Source: Nemertoderma westbladi
Lineage: Eukaryota; Animalia; Xenacoelomorpha
Reading direction: 5' to 3'
Assembly: GCA_032718475.1 (NCBI GenBank)
Contig: JAUCBJ010005441.1
Location: forward strand, 34,251-98,250
DNA: 64,000 nucleotides
The notes below the pieces were generated by a model. It made no database searches and had not been told where the DNA came from. It saw only the letters and a program-made list of their open reading frames with translations. Shown here one piece after another: positions 48,901 to 61,691 of the stretch. A program made the translations under genes and the position numbers. Positions within the stretch are counted from its first letter, which is position 1. Every line of letters begins with the position of its first letter.

Positions 48901-51900
48901 TTGTAATGGAAAGTATACTCTGGGTATGGAATAATCCTCTAACGAAGATAATTCTGCCTCCCAGGTTTTCCATAAGTCCACTTGGTCTGATGAGATCGGC
49001 TCGTCCCATGTTAGTCCATCCTTCCAAATACTGCGCATATAAATTCTGGCTTGCAGTATTATTGGACTGATGAATCCTAATGGATCGAACAATCGGCTCA
49101 ATTTTGACAAGCATGATCTCTTTGTCAGTGTGTTTTCTTGACTGTCCAGTCTCACCTTCACTCGAAAGTTGTCCGTGTTTGGGTCCCAAAAGAGCCCCAA
49201 CACCTTGGTCGTCGGTAGTGGTTCGAACACTAGGTCAATGTCACCACCTCCACGCTCAGTCGTTCCGAATGAGTCTACCAATTCGGCACTGTTTGAGGCG
49301 AATTTGGTGAGGTTAAAACCTCCGCCCGCTAAGCAGTCCCGTAATTGATGTGCTACTGTTATAGCACGTTCTACTGTGTCACAACTCTGTAAACCATCGT
49401 CTACGTAAAAGTCACGTTCTACGATCTTAATTATCTCTGGGTCATATATGTGTTTCTGATCCCTAGCGGCTTGCTTTAGGGCGTACATCGTACAGTTTGG
49501 GCTGTCCCTGGCACCGAAAACGCGAACTTGCATTTGGTAAGTCGCCGGTGGTAGACTTAAGTCTCCTTCCGGATACCAGAGGAACCTCAAACTGTCTCTG
49601 TCTCGCTCTAACGCTCTCACTTGGTGAAACATAGCTTCGACGTCACAAGTAAAGGCTACTTGACGCTGACGGAAGCGCATAATCACCCCCATAAGATAAT
49701 TATTCATGTTTGGTACATCCATTAACTCGCTATTGAGGGACATTCCCTCAAACAGAGCCGCACAGTCATTGACTACACGTACTTTGTCTGGTTTGTCGGG
49801 GTGTCTCACGAAGTGATGTGGCAAGTAGTATGTCTGGTCAGTCACTATCTCTGGGTTAGTCATTCGGATAGCGTATCCCTTGGACAAATACGTCTCCATC
49901 TGAGTGTTATGGGCTTTCTCGTCCTTTAATAGACGTTGTCGTATCGAGTGTAAACGTCTTAAAGCTAGTGGATAGTTATTTATGAGTTTAGGACGTTGGT
50001 TACGCCATAGCATCCCTACCTCATAATGTCCGTCCTCTGTCTGGCGGATAGTATCTTCCATGATCTTCAAAGATTGTTTCTCTTGTTCCGACATACATGG
50101 TTCGTAGCTACCAGGTTCAGCTGTATCTTGTTCTAACCACCTGATAGTCTTTTCCGTTAATTCTTTGTCCAATGCAGCTTGTTCCACTTGATGATTTCTT
50201 AACGCGTCGTCATCGATATCGATGGGCATTGTTGAGGTTATTGGTGTAGGTAGACTCGCAAGCCTTCCGGCGTTATCATCTGTCGTCGATGGAATCTCTG
50301 GCTGACTCGTCTTCTCCCCAAGTTCTAAACTCACCTGGTGGATTAGCTGCTCCTTATGACTTATCATACTAGTTACACATGTCGTGTCATGTTTTGTCGA
50401 ATGTAGTGTAGTATGGTCCACGTCGTGTGAAAAGGAATGAGTCGACGTTGTAGTTAATAAACTACATGTACTTTGTATATCGTCTTCCTCGTCACTTATA
50501 TCCAGTGTGCGCACAGGCGCTCGAGTATACCACCCTATCGGCGTTCTACAGGCGTATGCGTTTCCCGCTACGACTGCCGATGGTCTGGTTTCCCACACTT
50601 GATGTAGGTTGAATTGGTCTGTCCCGATCAGCATTGCTACCGATCTATAATTGACAGGACATTCAGGTACACCAAGGTGTCTGAAATACTTACGGTCCTC
50701 TAAGGATTGTTCTGGGACAGGACCTAGTAGGTTACTAAAGTCCTTTGTGGCCGCAAAGGTTAAATCCGCGATTGCGATTTCGGAATTGCGATTTCGGAAG
50801 AAGAGTGTCTAAGTTCAACTTAACTCGTGTTACTGGTATTGCACGTTGTCCATGCATACTACTTACGGTGTAACTGACGTTCTTACCTTGTCTAAGATCC
50901 GTCACGACATCAGCTATCTGCTCATCCACGTAGCTGTGAGATGAGGCTGAATCTAGAATAGCATAGATTCTCTTGCTCCCCTTTGTGCCAGTAATCTTAA
51001 TCGGAATTACGCTGAAACCTTTTAATTGGTCAGTCGTCAGAAGCGCGATCAATGGTTGTTCGTCTCCATCTGAATATACGTCGTCGTCTTCCGACTCTTC
51101 GTCCGACGATCCGGATTGTTCTGAGAAGCAATCCCTAATATGTGTCACGAAAGTTGGAGTCGTTTTTGATTCTCGATTATTATACGCGGTGTTGCATTTT
51201 GCTGCAGCTTCCGGGTGTTCCCTGGCGAAGCGTTTGGTTGGCGTATGGCTGTCTGTGTGGAGCAGACCGTCGTGGTTGCGTCCACAGGATGGACAAGTGT
51301 CGGTATTTGGGCAATCTTTGCGGACGTGTCCGTGTCGTGTACACCGCCAACAAGAGTCCAATGGCCGTATCTGCAGCCGTCGTTCTTCCGAGTTTAACTC
51401 GCGAAACTGTCGACAACCTCTCAACTTGTGACCGATATACCGCTTGCCTAAATGCTCGCAGTATTGGCAGCCGCTGAAGTCTGTACTGAGTTGCTGTCTA
51501 GTCTGTTTTATTCCAATGGGCGCAGATACCCTACTACCGTCCGAGAATTGTCGTGTTTCCGTCGGTGTGGCGTAAGTGGCCGTCTTGGTGGATGTTGTCT
51601 GGGGTTTTTGTCGGTTTGAGGATGGCAAGGTGATTCCTTCTGCTAAGATGTGCTGGTCAGTGTAGTTGGATCGAGTTTCTACCACTGCTTCCCTGGATAT
51701 CAAAAGGTACACATCTTCCAGTTTTAAGAATCCACCCCGCTCTTCCCGCTGGTATTCGATCTTCCTCCACTCCCGACGAAGTCGATGGTGGAGTCTTCAT
51801 ATGATCTTTAATAATACGGTAGGGGTATTCCCGTATTCAAGTTGTCCAATAGATCTTAATGTAGAGATAGCGTTCTTGATTTCGTCAGCCAGTTTCAATA

Positions 51901-54724
51901 AGTCGACAGGTTTAGTAATAGCCCCTCCCTTACAGAGTTCCTCTATCACTGACCTGGCCATGCTGACTGTACCTCCGTAGATCGAAGTTAAACGATCGTA
52001 CGCTAGTTCGAAGGCGTCCGGTACACCAATGTAGGTCTCCGCCAAACGTTTAGGTTCTCCCGACAACGTTTGAAGCAGGTAATTAAACTTCTCCCGTGAT
52101 GTAAAGGCGCACACGGCGATCTGAGATTCGATATAGTCTACGAAAGTGTGCCAGTGTTTTGAGCTACCGGAAAACTTAGGTGGTTGTTGCACCGGTAGTC
52201 CTTGTCTAGCTGCGAATTTCGCTATTTCCTCGGCAACGTTCAGAGTTTCGCGTCCTTGGTTGGTAATCTGGTTGATGTCCCTTCTTGGCGCTTTTCCCTG
52301 ATACGATGTGTTTTTTGAAGGTATTTGTCTTTGTGGTTCCTTCGGGTATCTATTGTGTTCGAATTCAGTGTTCCTCGAACTATCGGTTTGAGCTTCCTCC
52401 AGACGTTCCTCAATCTGAGCCAACTTGTTAACAACTGGTCGCAGGATGTCGGCGAACTGTTGTGTACTGATTGCGTCCGTTGGTTGTAACGCCTTCTGTG
52501 TTGGTGTATTTTGTGGAGGATTGTCTACAAAGGAGTTGTCTGAACGCTCGCGTTTATATTCATCGGCCGCCCCTGTTCTAAATACCTCGCGTTTCGGGTA
52601 ATCCGATTCGCTCAAAGTACTACTATCATGTGGATATGGTGGTCGACGTGCTCGCGTCCGTTGCGTCGTACGAATTCTAACGTTTCGTTTCGGAACATCG
52701 TCCACTGTTCTCCGTTGTTCGGTAGGCTCACAAGTCTTCCTCGAAGTCGTAGATTGCGATGTAAACTGGTTCGGTCGCGTATCCACTGGTCTCCGTTGTT
52801 CGGTAGGCTCACAAGTCTTCCTCGAAGTCGTAGATTGCGATGTAAACTGAATCGGTGGTCGAGTAACAGCATTTGAATCAACTGGCCTTGTAAGCCGAAA
52901 CGTCATTGGGTATTCGTAGTGCGTAACCGGTTTAGGTGTCAAAGGTGGACTCACCTGTTTTGTCGTTAGTAGTGCAGGTCCGGTCAATAAACTACTACGA
53001 TCGGTAGTCGGTGGGTTACTTACCTTGACTTTCAAAATAGGCGACGACGTTGCTCTTGACGGTATGAATTTGTCCGGAATAACCAACCTGTGTTCCGTCG
53101 CACCATGGATAGGAGAAATATCACTACTACCCGCAATCGAAACAGGTTCCTTAGTCATAATTGGTGCAAACATAGGAGTTACTTGTGGGAATCGTTGACA
53201 CAAGTCTTTTACTAATTGTCATTCCCGTCCGGGTGCTCCTACGCTTCCTTCCTTCTTCCGTTCCTGAATTTGGCGATGTCTTACCTCTATCTGGTCCAAG
53301 TCATGTCCGTCTCGAGATCTCATTGATCGATCGCGGGCCTTTTGATCCAGATCTTCCTCGGCGTTCGCTAATTCTCTCGCCTTCTTCTCGAGTTCGAAAT
53401 GAAGTTTAGCTGTCTTCTCTCGTTGTTCCGTTTGTTGTTGTTGCGCCTCAAACTCCGCTTGTCGTATAGCTGATTGAGCTTTTATTTGCCGTGTTTTCAT
53501 TTCGGCCCGTGCTTCCGAAACTAACCTTTCTCGCTCTAACTCTGCCTCTGCCGTTTGTCGCTCTAATTCTGCCGCTGCCGTTTGTCGCTCTAATTCTGCC
53601 GCTGCCGTTTGTCGCTCTAACTCGGCCGCTGCGTTTCGTCGCTCTAATTTTGCCGCTGCCGTTTGTCGCTCTAACTCGGCCGCTGCGTTTCGTTGCGCTA
53701 AATCAACCGCTGCCGTTTGTTGGGCAATGTCTACCTCTAACCTTTCTACTTCAGCTGCTTCTAATTCAGCTTGTTCCTGTAGATGAGAGATTCTCGCTAC
53801 ATTCACAACGCGTAGCTTCTCTTCCTCTACTGCTGCCTGCATCACTAGAAGTTGAGCTTGTTCCTCCATTTCTCGTCGTTGTCGGTAGAATTCTTGTTGT
53901 TGTCGAGCAACTTCTGACGTGACCATACTTCCCTCGCCGATTTCGCTACGAATACTTACCAACGATTGATTTAGTATTCCTGGTACTAGTTCGATTTGTG
54001 CGAGTGAAGTTTCCCTCGTAGCCTCCGGCACGGTTTCCCAATCTCCGACGTCCTCGCCGCACATGCGTAAGTGATCCGTCAGGTGTTTCAATTGTCCATC
54101 CAGCCTGTACAGTTCCTGTTCTTCCTCAGGTTGCAATAATTCGTCCGAAACTGACTCACCTAACAACTGGTCCGCTTGTTCCTGTTGTATCTGCCTAATC
54201 GTCGACTTAAACTGAATCAGTTTCTCTCTAGCGATCATTAGTTTCTCAAGGATTCTAAGTTGAGTATCCATGTCCTGTCTCTGTCTAGCTAGATCTTGTA
54301 GACTGATAAGGTTATCTACGGACTTATGTACTCTACTTTGTACTCTAACCTGGAGGGTGTAGAACTCAAACCGAGACATCGGAGCGGTCAACTCGTCTAA
54401 TATGCGTTGGCCTTCTCCAATACTCCTGGTAATATGCGCCATATAGCCTCCGACGCTTCTAACCACGCTCTCCTGGCTTCCTACTGAACTTACCATGTCC
54501 GTTTCCCTGTATCTAGGTTGCGGAACAGTTAGAAAGTCCTCGGTCCTGCCGTCACCTCATACTACGGCATCCGGTACTCCCATTGGATGTACTGGTGACG
54601 CACACGGTGTAGGTTCGGTAGGCTCGCGAGTCTTCCCCTGTAGTTCTTCCGCTGCTGACTTATCCGCGTCACATGAGTCATAGTCGGTAGGTGTATTCTT
54701 CGTATAGTCTTGTTTGTCACTCAT
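45982..54724 (-). pseudogene. Element A gag-pol (Gag, PR, RT, RNase H, IN) with four in-frame TGA stops and one frameshift
   Basis: ATG at 54724; TGA at 54557, 53219, 51797 and 47992 (frame continues each time); frameshift near a 14-bp duplication at ~50771-50798. Motifs AILDSASSHS, YYLPHH, DVEAMFHQV, FYVDD, LHCFSDAS, GIDCFGP, SDQGTNF, GGVWERL. Confidence 0.93.
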
Positions 54725-55535
54725 TTCGGTAGTTGTAAGTCAAGTAAAATGTGAGTGTCAAAGTATCAAATTTACCGTATTTATATCTAAACGGTACTAA
54801 TTACAGTCATATAAAATTAGCCTACCGGCCGATTTTATAGCAGATGGATAAAATTAGCCTAGACGGCCAATTTTACAGCAAATAAATGTCACGGTATAAG
54901 TATATAATAAAATTAGCCTAGCGGCCAATTTTATAACAAATAAATCGGATAACGATATGCGTTATCAAAAGGTAAATTAAATACAATAATACGGACTAAT
55001 TCAGCAATGAACAAAGAAATCATACGGAATGCATAAATACTTGAGACAGTGGAACCCACAATAATTTTAACTAATACGGTAATGCCTAACTTATTTATGC
55101 AACTTTTCGAACTCACCCACTCCAATAATTCTCCAGAAAAACAGATTCCCAGATACAAACCGGACGTGAACCTTTCCGTTTTCAACGTTGCGGACGAAGC
55201 GCGATTTTCCCAACCAAAGTTGTTGGGTTATCTATCTCCCAAACTTGCTAAACACGGTCTTGCTCCCGTTACAGTCTAGAAATGAGTTCTGAATCCTGAA
55301 AAACAAAAGAGTTAGGTTTTACTTTTACGAAAATTTTGTACCGGTACAATATGGTATTTAAACCCTTTTAAACACCGGTATTCAATTCCAAAAATATTTT
55401 ACACGCGGTTCAAATCAAATTTTGTTTCAAAAAATTAGCACTTAGCTAATCAAACATAAACTTTTACCTCAAAATACAAAATTTTCAAATAACTTTAGTC
55501 CTACCGAACCGTAGTTCAGTAAAATATATTCCTAC

Positions 55536-57425
55536 TGATGCGAAGAGACAGTAACAATACCTGCAATATCTTACTGTAAAGTTTGTGAATCAAATCATAA
55601 ATCCGACCTTCTCACCAAAACAGTAAACTCCAAGTAAGCGAATATATTGCAGTATTGGTCCCTTATAACCGGTGAGGCAGAAAACAGTCTACGAGCAGAC
55701 AAACTTCGATAAAACAAAATCCCGCGCAGCGAATCCTAAAATCAGGCTGACTCACTGACGGACTAAGGGGCTCGTATACTTTGCCGCGGTGTGATTTACA
55801 TGGTTGGGCGAAAGAGACGCTAGCTAGGTGCAGAGATTTGGAGATGTCTAACTAGCGGGCAAAGTGCAGTACGGACAAAAGTTAATTTTATATATTTTGA
55901 GGTGTAAATAATTTCTAACTCGCGTGTGTTAATTCTGAACAGTCAAAGCAGTTTTGCTCCTTCACATATATAATTACTGGGTACGGTGTACATTTTACGA
56001 ATATTCTAATTTTGTAACTTGTAGGTCCAATACTCACGAATGATAAGGTTCCTTCCCCTCTTGCGTATTTCCAGGACTCAAATTCAGGCATAAAGTTAAT
56101 GCTACGCCCAGAATTCGGCAATTTTAATTTACCAGGTCCCTAATACTAAGAAGAAATGTGTTAGTTTACTACAGTAGGCGTACGGTTACAAATAGCTATC
56201 CTGGCTCTTATCTAGAATTTTAGTCACCTAGGTAGGCTGGGTAACTTCCTATCAGGATGTTGGCGGGGACACGGTAGATGTTAGTATATCCCTAATAGCC
56301 TCAATTTATTTGCGCCTAGTCGTAAACTGCCCTACCGCCTGAACGGTACAATCCTAATTCAGGTGAAACACAGCAACCCTCCTAGCCTACAAGTTCTAAT
56401 GCAATGGACACCGTTGCACTACAAATAGTCGCAAACCCACCTGTACTTAGCAAGAGTTAGGCGTACAGTTTGCTGCACCCTACCAATGTGTATGCCTTGT
56501 ACCGGTGTGCCTACGTCCCATCTGCGTACTAGTATCTCTGCCTGAGCTCTCTCTCCTCTCCTCCCGTAGGAATATGAAGGCCTACTGCGGTTTTTCCTGA
56601 ATTAAAACAGTACAGTCCCTAGGATGTAATTTTAGGCGTACAGCGTGTCACTACCTCTACCTTTGATCTTTGGTCTTACGCTTAGGTAGCAAGGCATCGA
56701 ACGCTGTCTAACCTTTCAGGCGATGGGCGAATAACTAAGATGGTATTGCGGGTTGTCTCCTGTCTACATTCCCTTGATGTTCCCGTTCATTGCTGCGGCC
56801 CGAAGTCTAGCCGGCCATCCTGTCCCTTAGTTGAGTTCACCGTGGTGAAGCATGATAAAACAGATAGAAAAAGGGCAGATGTGACAAGTATTTCTAACTT
56901 TTATTACAAAATCAAACAATAACTATTATACAATAAACAGAGATAGAAACTGAAGTGATAGAGTGTGATAGATAGAATATATAACTAATGAACGAAATCG
57001 CACCTTTTATACCAAATTTGTGCCGCAATCAATCGAGAAAATTCTCGATTGTTCTATAGGTTCTAACAGGTTTTTAAAGATAGCTATTGGTCCAGCTAAT
57101 ATATAACTTGCACGACATTGGTTACAATCTAATAACTACAGTCTCATTGGTTAATCTAGGTACAGACAAATGCAATTTAATTTGTAGCGGTCAATTTAAA
57201 TGAGTTGAAATTCTGCACAAAAAATAATTCGCACTTACTAGGATTCGAACTCAATACCTACTACATATATAATTTCCAACGCTCTACCGACTGAACCACT
57301 TGACTAAACATCATACAATAGATATAACAAATACAAATGAGGACTCAAAGTAATCTTTTAGCAAAGTTAATTCGAATAAAATAAAATTTTGAAAATCCAC
57401 GGCATTTAGGGAATATAATTCTATA
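55536..57425 (-). repeat. 5' LTR of element A (1890 bp), termini TA...CA in element sense
   Basis: Matches the split LTR copy; the boundary is fixed by the GTTAC TSD. Confidence 0.95.
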
Positions 57426-57472
57426 GTTACCATCGGCCATTCACCCGGCACCATTGCCTCATTCTGGCGTTA

Positions 57473-57748
57473 TGTAATTGGAACATTTTAATACTGTAGG
57501 CTACCTATGTACTTGGAACAATATAAAACCTTGTAATTGGAACATTTTAATACCTTATGATTTGGAACATTATAAAACCTTGTAATTGGAACATTTTAAT
57601 ATCTTATGTATTTGGAACATTATAAAACCTTGTAATTGGAACATTTTAATACCTTATGTATTTGGAACATTATAAAACCTTGTAATTGGAACATTTTAAT
57701 ATCTTATGTAATTGCAATATTTTAATACCTTATGTAATTGGAACATTC
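57473..57748. repeat. ~50-bp tandem repeat of ~25-bp subunits (TGTAATTGGAACATT core)
   Basis: Direct repetition is visible. Confidence 0.9.
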
Positions 57749-57819
57749 TACCTATTGTTTTTACACGTGTCGTTCGTAATTCAAAATAATATTTTACTAA
57801 AAATTAATATTTAATCTTT

Positions 57820-58265
57820 GTGGGGCGAGCGACGAAAGTAAGCGAGCTTAGCATACAGGTACCACTAACTTAATCGGTGTGTCCGTTGTTCTGTTGATCT
57901 GTTGTTCTGTTGATCTGTTGTGTTCAATTTTAAACGTTAATAACTCAGCCAAATGTTAATGAAATTTAACCAAACTTGGTACACATGTAGTCTGGCAAAA
58001 GTTTAGAAATTTTCCAAGTTGAATTTCCGTGTGGCCTTCGAGAAGCTAAGATAATAGCAATTAATTAGTTAATTAAGTTGATTACGGTAAAAACTGCATT
58101 TTCAACCTGCCTGTTAAAGGATATTAATTATTTTACAGTATAAGATTTAAATAATTATACTTAAAAATTATACAGATGCCACATATCCCATTCTATTATA
58201 GTTTTTAATTAGTTCAAGTGATTTGCTTTAATAAATGTGTCTTTAATTGATCTAAACGTAATTAA
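57820..58265 (+). repeat. Dispersed non-coding repeat, copy 1 (copy 2 at ~59675-60101); resembles invertebrate Helentron-associated/DINE-like elements
   Basis: Shared CGAAAGTAAGCGAGCTT..ACCACTAACT.AATCGGTGTGTC, a short CTGTT microsatellite and AACCAAACTTGGTACA. The family assignment is inference. Confidence 0.65.
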
Positions 58266-59674
58266 AGCGGCACAATTATTGAGTACAAATTTAATCCTGC
58301 CCATTATTGGTCAACATAGTCTCTGCGGGGGTGTAGAGCTGCTAGCTGGTTGGGAGATGTTGGTGTAGCCTTACCAGAGGGGAATTGTACTGTAATAGGC
58401 AGCCAGTAGTATTGCTATAGCAACCCAGACATAACTCCAACCATACACTGCCTGTACTTCAATTCCTATTGACTCTATACTATATGTTGTATTACTTACT
58501 TAATCTCAGGTGACAGAAGATAATGACATAAATAATCATGACTGTTGTAGGCTTATATCTGAAATTGTTTATTCCAGTATTCCGCAATAATATATTTTTC
58601 TGGTTATTTTTTAATTGAATTTTTGCAAAGTAGTAAAATTAATGTTCTTAAAAATAATATTATTATTTTATATGTAACCTAGGAAATTATCTACAATTTT
58701 TCGCTGCTGCTTTGAGAGTGTACATTGATTTAATATTATTTCAATACCCATATTACTACATCGGCATACAATGCGTTGGCGTTGTATCACACATCTCCAC
58801 ATAGATGTATCAGCAGTTACTCGCACAGTTTCGAAACTTCGCATAGTTATAACTGTATAAAGATCGTCAGTCTTGGTTATTGGCTATTCTTGGTTAAAAT
58901 ATTTTAATGTAAAACAGGACGAGCGACGAGCGCAACGAGGCATATAATGAAGACGAATACTGTGTAGACTATATTCCTATTAACCATACCTGGCTTCGCC
59001 TATTGAAGGCATCGGTAGTTATAAAGATCGACCGTCAGTCTGCGTTTAGGAAATATATTTAAATACAAAACAGGACGAGCACAACGACGTTTATAATAAA
59101 GAAGACGAGTACTGCCTACTGCGTTGATTATATTCCTATAAACCATACCTGGCTTCGCCTATTGAAGGCATCGGTAGTTATAAAGTACTGGTGGGTGGGA
59201 AGGGTGGGGGGAGGGGGGGGGGGGGGGGGGTGCAGATTAAAAGGGGTGAACACGTACTGTCCCCCTTTCTTTGATTGATTGGTGGTGTGGGTAAATTTCT
59301 CAAAACCTGATTTTGTGATACAGTCGCTCAATTTTAATCTGTATCTGATAACTGAGCCTCGTCCTGCGCGATGGCCCCATGCACGTGTATTAACTACCTA
59401 CTTAATTATCTCATATTTGTCCTTTTATGGGTCTGATTTGATTTAAATGTTTTCATCATGGTTCTATAAATGAGTTTTCTATACTTAACTTACATTACTG
59501 CTATATTTACTTTCAGTTTGGACTTTTGGTGTACGGGTTTCATAACAAATAGCTTTATTATGCCCTAAACTATTAAAATGCAGAATGGTGAGACTGATGA
59601 GAATGGTTTTGGAAATTCTTGGTCGTCACTACAGAGATTGTACAACGCCTCGTTTGTTAAGGTGAGACTGTGGG

Positions 59675-60101
59675 TTGAGCCACGAAAGTAAGCGAGCTTC
59701 GCATACGGGTACCACTAACTCAATCGGTGTGTCTGTTGATCTGTTATGTTCAATTTTAAACGTTAATAACTCGGCCAAATCTCGATGAATTTTAACCAAA
59801 CTTGGTACATATGTTGTTTGGCAAAAGTTTAGGAATTTTCCAAGTTGAATTTGCGTGTGGCGTTCGAGAAGCTAAGATAATAGCAGTTAATTGGTGAATT
59901 AAGTTGATTATGGTAAAAACAGCATTAATTAAGAGATTAAGTAAGTAAGAAATTAATTATTTTCTAGTATAAGGTTTAAATAATTTTACTTAAAGATTAT
60001 ACAGCTGTAATCCCCATACACCATTCCATTATATGTAGTTATTAATTAGTTCAAGTGATTTGCTTTAAGAAATGTGTTTTTAATTGATCTAAACGTAATT
60101 A
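59675..60101 (+). repeat. Dispersed non-coding repeat, copy 2
   Basis: Diverged direct copy of 57820-58265. Confidence 0.65.
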
Positions 60102-61691
60102 AGTTATTAAAATACCCCGTCATTCTACAGTATTCTTCCAACTCCATCAATCCAAGGCAATCAAGGTATGCTTGCTATTAATTTCTAGCCTAACTGGGAA
60201 CCAGTCCAACCAGCTCACCACTACATTGCAGCATTGTAATGAGCCAGACTAATAAGCCAGCTTGCTTATTGTGTTTACCCTACAAAATGATTGGCTGCGT
60301 ATATATTCGTGATTCTTTAGAATAATTAGCTCAATAATTTCGTTGAGGCGTAATATTTCAGTATCAATACTATCAGCATAAGGTAAGTTTTATATTTCTT
60401 ACAAATTGGGTCGCCTCCACGCCTAAAATATTTCTGATATTACTTCATGAGTTTAACATGTTACCAATAACATGAGATTATTGAATTCTTTGTTGGTTAA
60501 ATAAATTAAATAATATGCGGTCTTTAATTATTTTTGCTAGAAATTTGTGTTGTTCGTATATTTGTCAATCGCTTCCAGTTGTATTTTGTGTTATATTAAA
60601 AATAAATATAACATTACTTTTAAAACACAAATTGTCTCACATGTCTTTCATCAATCCTCTCTGCGCCTTTGCGTTGGGGTGCAGATTAAGAGGGGGGTTG
60701 GAGGGGAGGAACTTTCCATCTTCTTTGATTTATTAGCGGTTTGGTTAAATTTCTAGAATACAGAGTTTGTGATACAGCAGAATCGCTCAATATTAATCTG
60801 TATCTCATAACTGAGCCTCGTGCTGCGCGAAGGCCCCACGAACGTGTACCTAGTACAAATTACTTTCAAAGTAAAGGTGAAAAGCCTTTGGCGGTTTCAT
60901 CTGAAATTTTACACAACGTTTATGTCAGTCTTGGGGAAGTCTGGTACTAAAAGTTTTCACAGGGTACCAATTTTTCGTATAATATTACACTTTTTGTGAT
61001 CTTAAATGGCACTTTTCAGAAAAAATAAGGTATTTTTATATAAAACATGTTAAAAAGATGTTAACATTATTTTGATTGCCTAGATTCTAGAACCAAACAC
61101 AGCGTGGATAACAAAAGACATACTAGATTCCGTCAAAAAGAAAATACAGTATGACTTCGATCACCGACCAGAAAAACCCCCGGAGCGAAAGATTTAGTCA
61201 GGTAATGTGTTTCCTTATATATGTTGACAGACAGACCGTCAAACCTTTAGTGCTGTGCAAAATGTTAAAAATAGTTCTTTGTTGAAAAAATACCATGCCA
61301 TAAAACAAAACATAAGTCGAAAACAAAAATAGATTTTGGAAAACGGTTTTTTTTCCCGGAAACTAAAACATCAAATTTGGCATTTATTCCACCATAAAAA
61401 AATACATTCTTTAAACCCCCAAAGGTAGACCTACAGTCTCACCTTAATTGTGAGCATTGCATTTTATGCCATGAACACATACCCAACAACCACATGTATG
61501 TGGATGTGGTGTATGTAGCTGATATCCTAATCCAAGGAATGTCATAAACCAACAGTCTTCTACGTGTCACCAACAAGGATATCCAATTAATGACACACTG
61601 CACTGACGATAGATGACCTACTACAAGGGAGAATCAAAGATTACAGGTACGATTTTAGTCTTTGTGGTATTTACATTTACAAATAGACCAA

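Larger units (their letters stand above)
27286..57425 (-). mobile_element. BEL/Pao LTR retrotransposon A (~18.5 kb excluding nested element B)
   Basis: Two near-identical LTRs; 5-bp TSD GTTAC (27281-27285 and 57426-57430); BEL-type Gag-PR-RT-RH-IN order; PPT-like GGAGCGG at 40804-40810 (minus). Confidence 0.95.
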
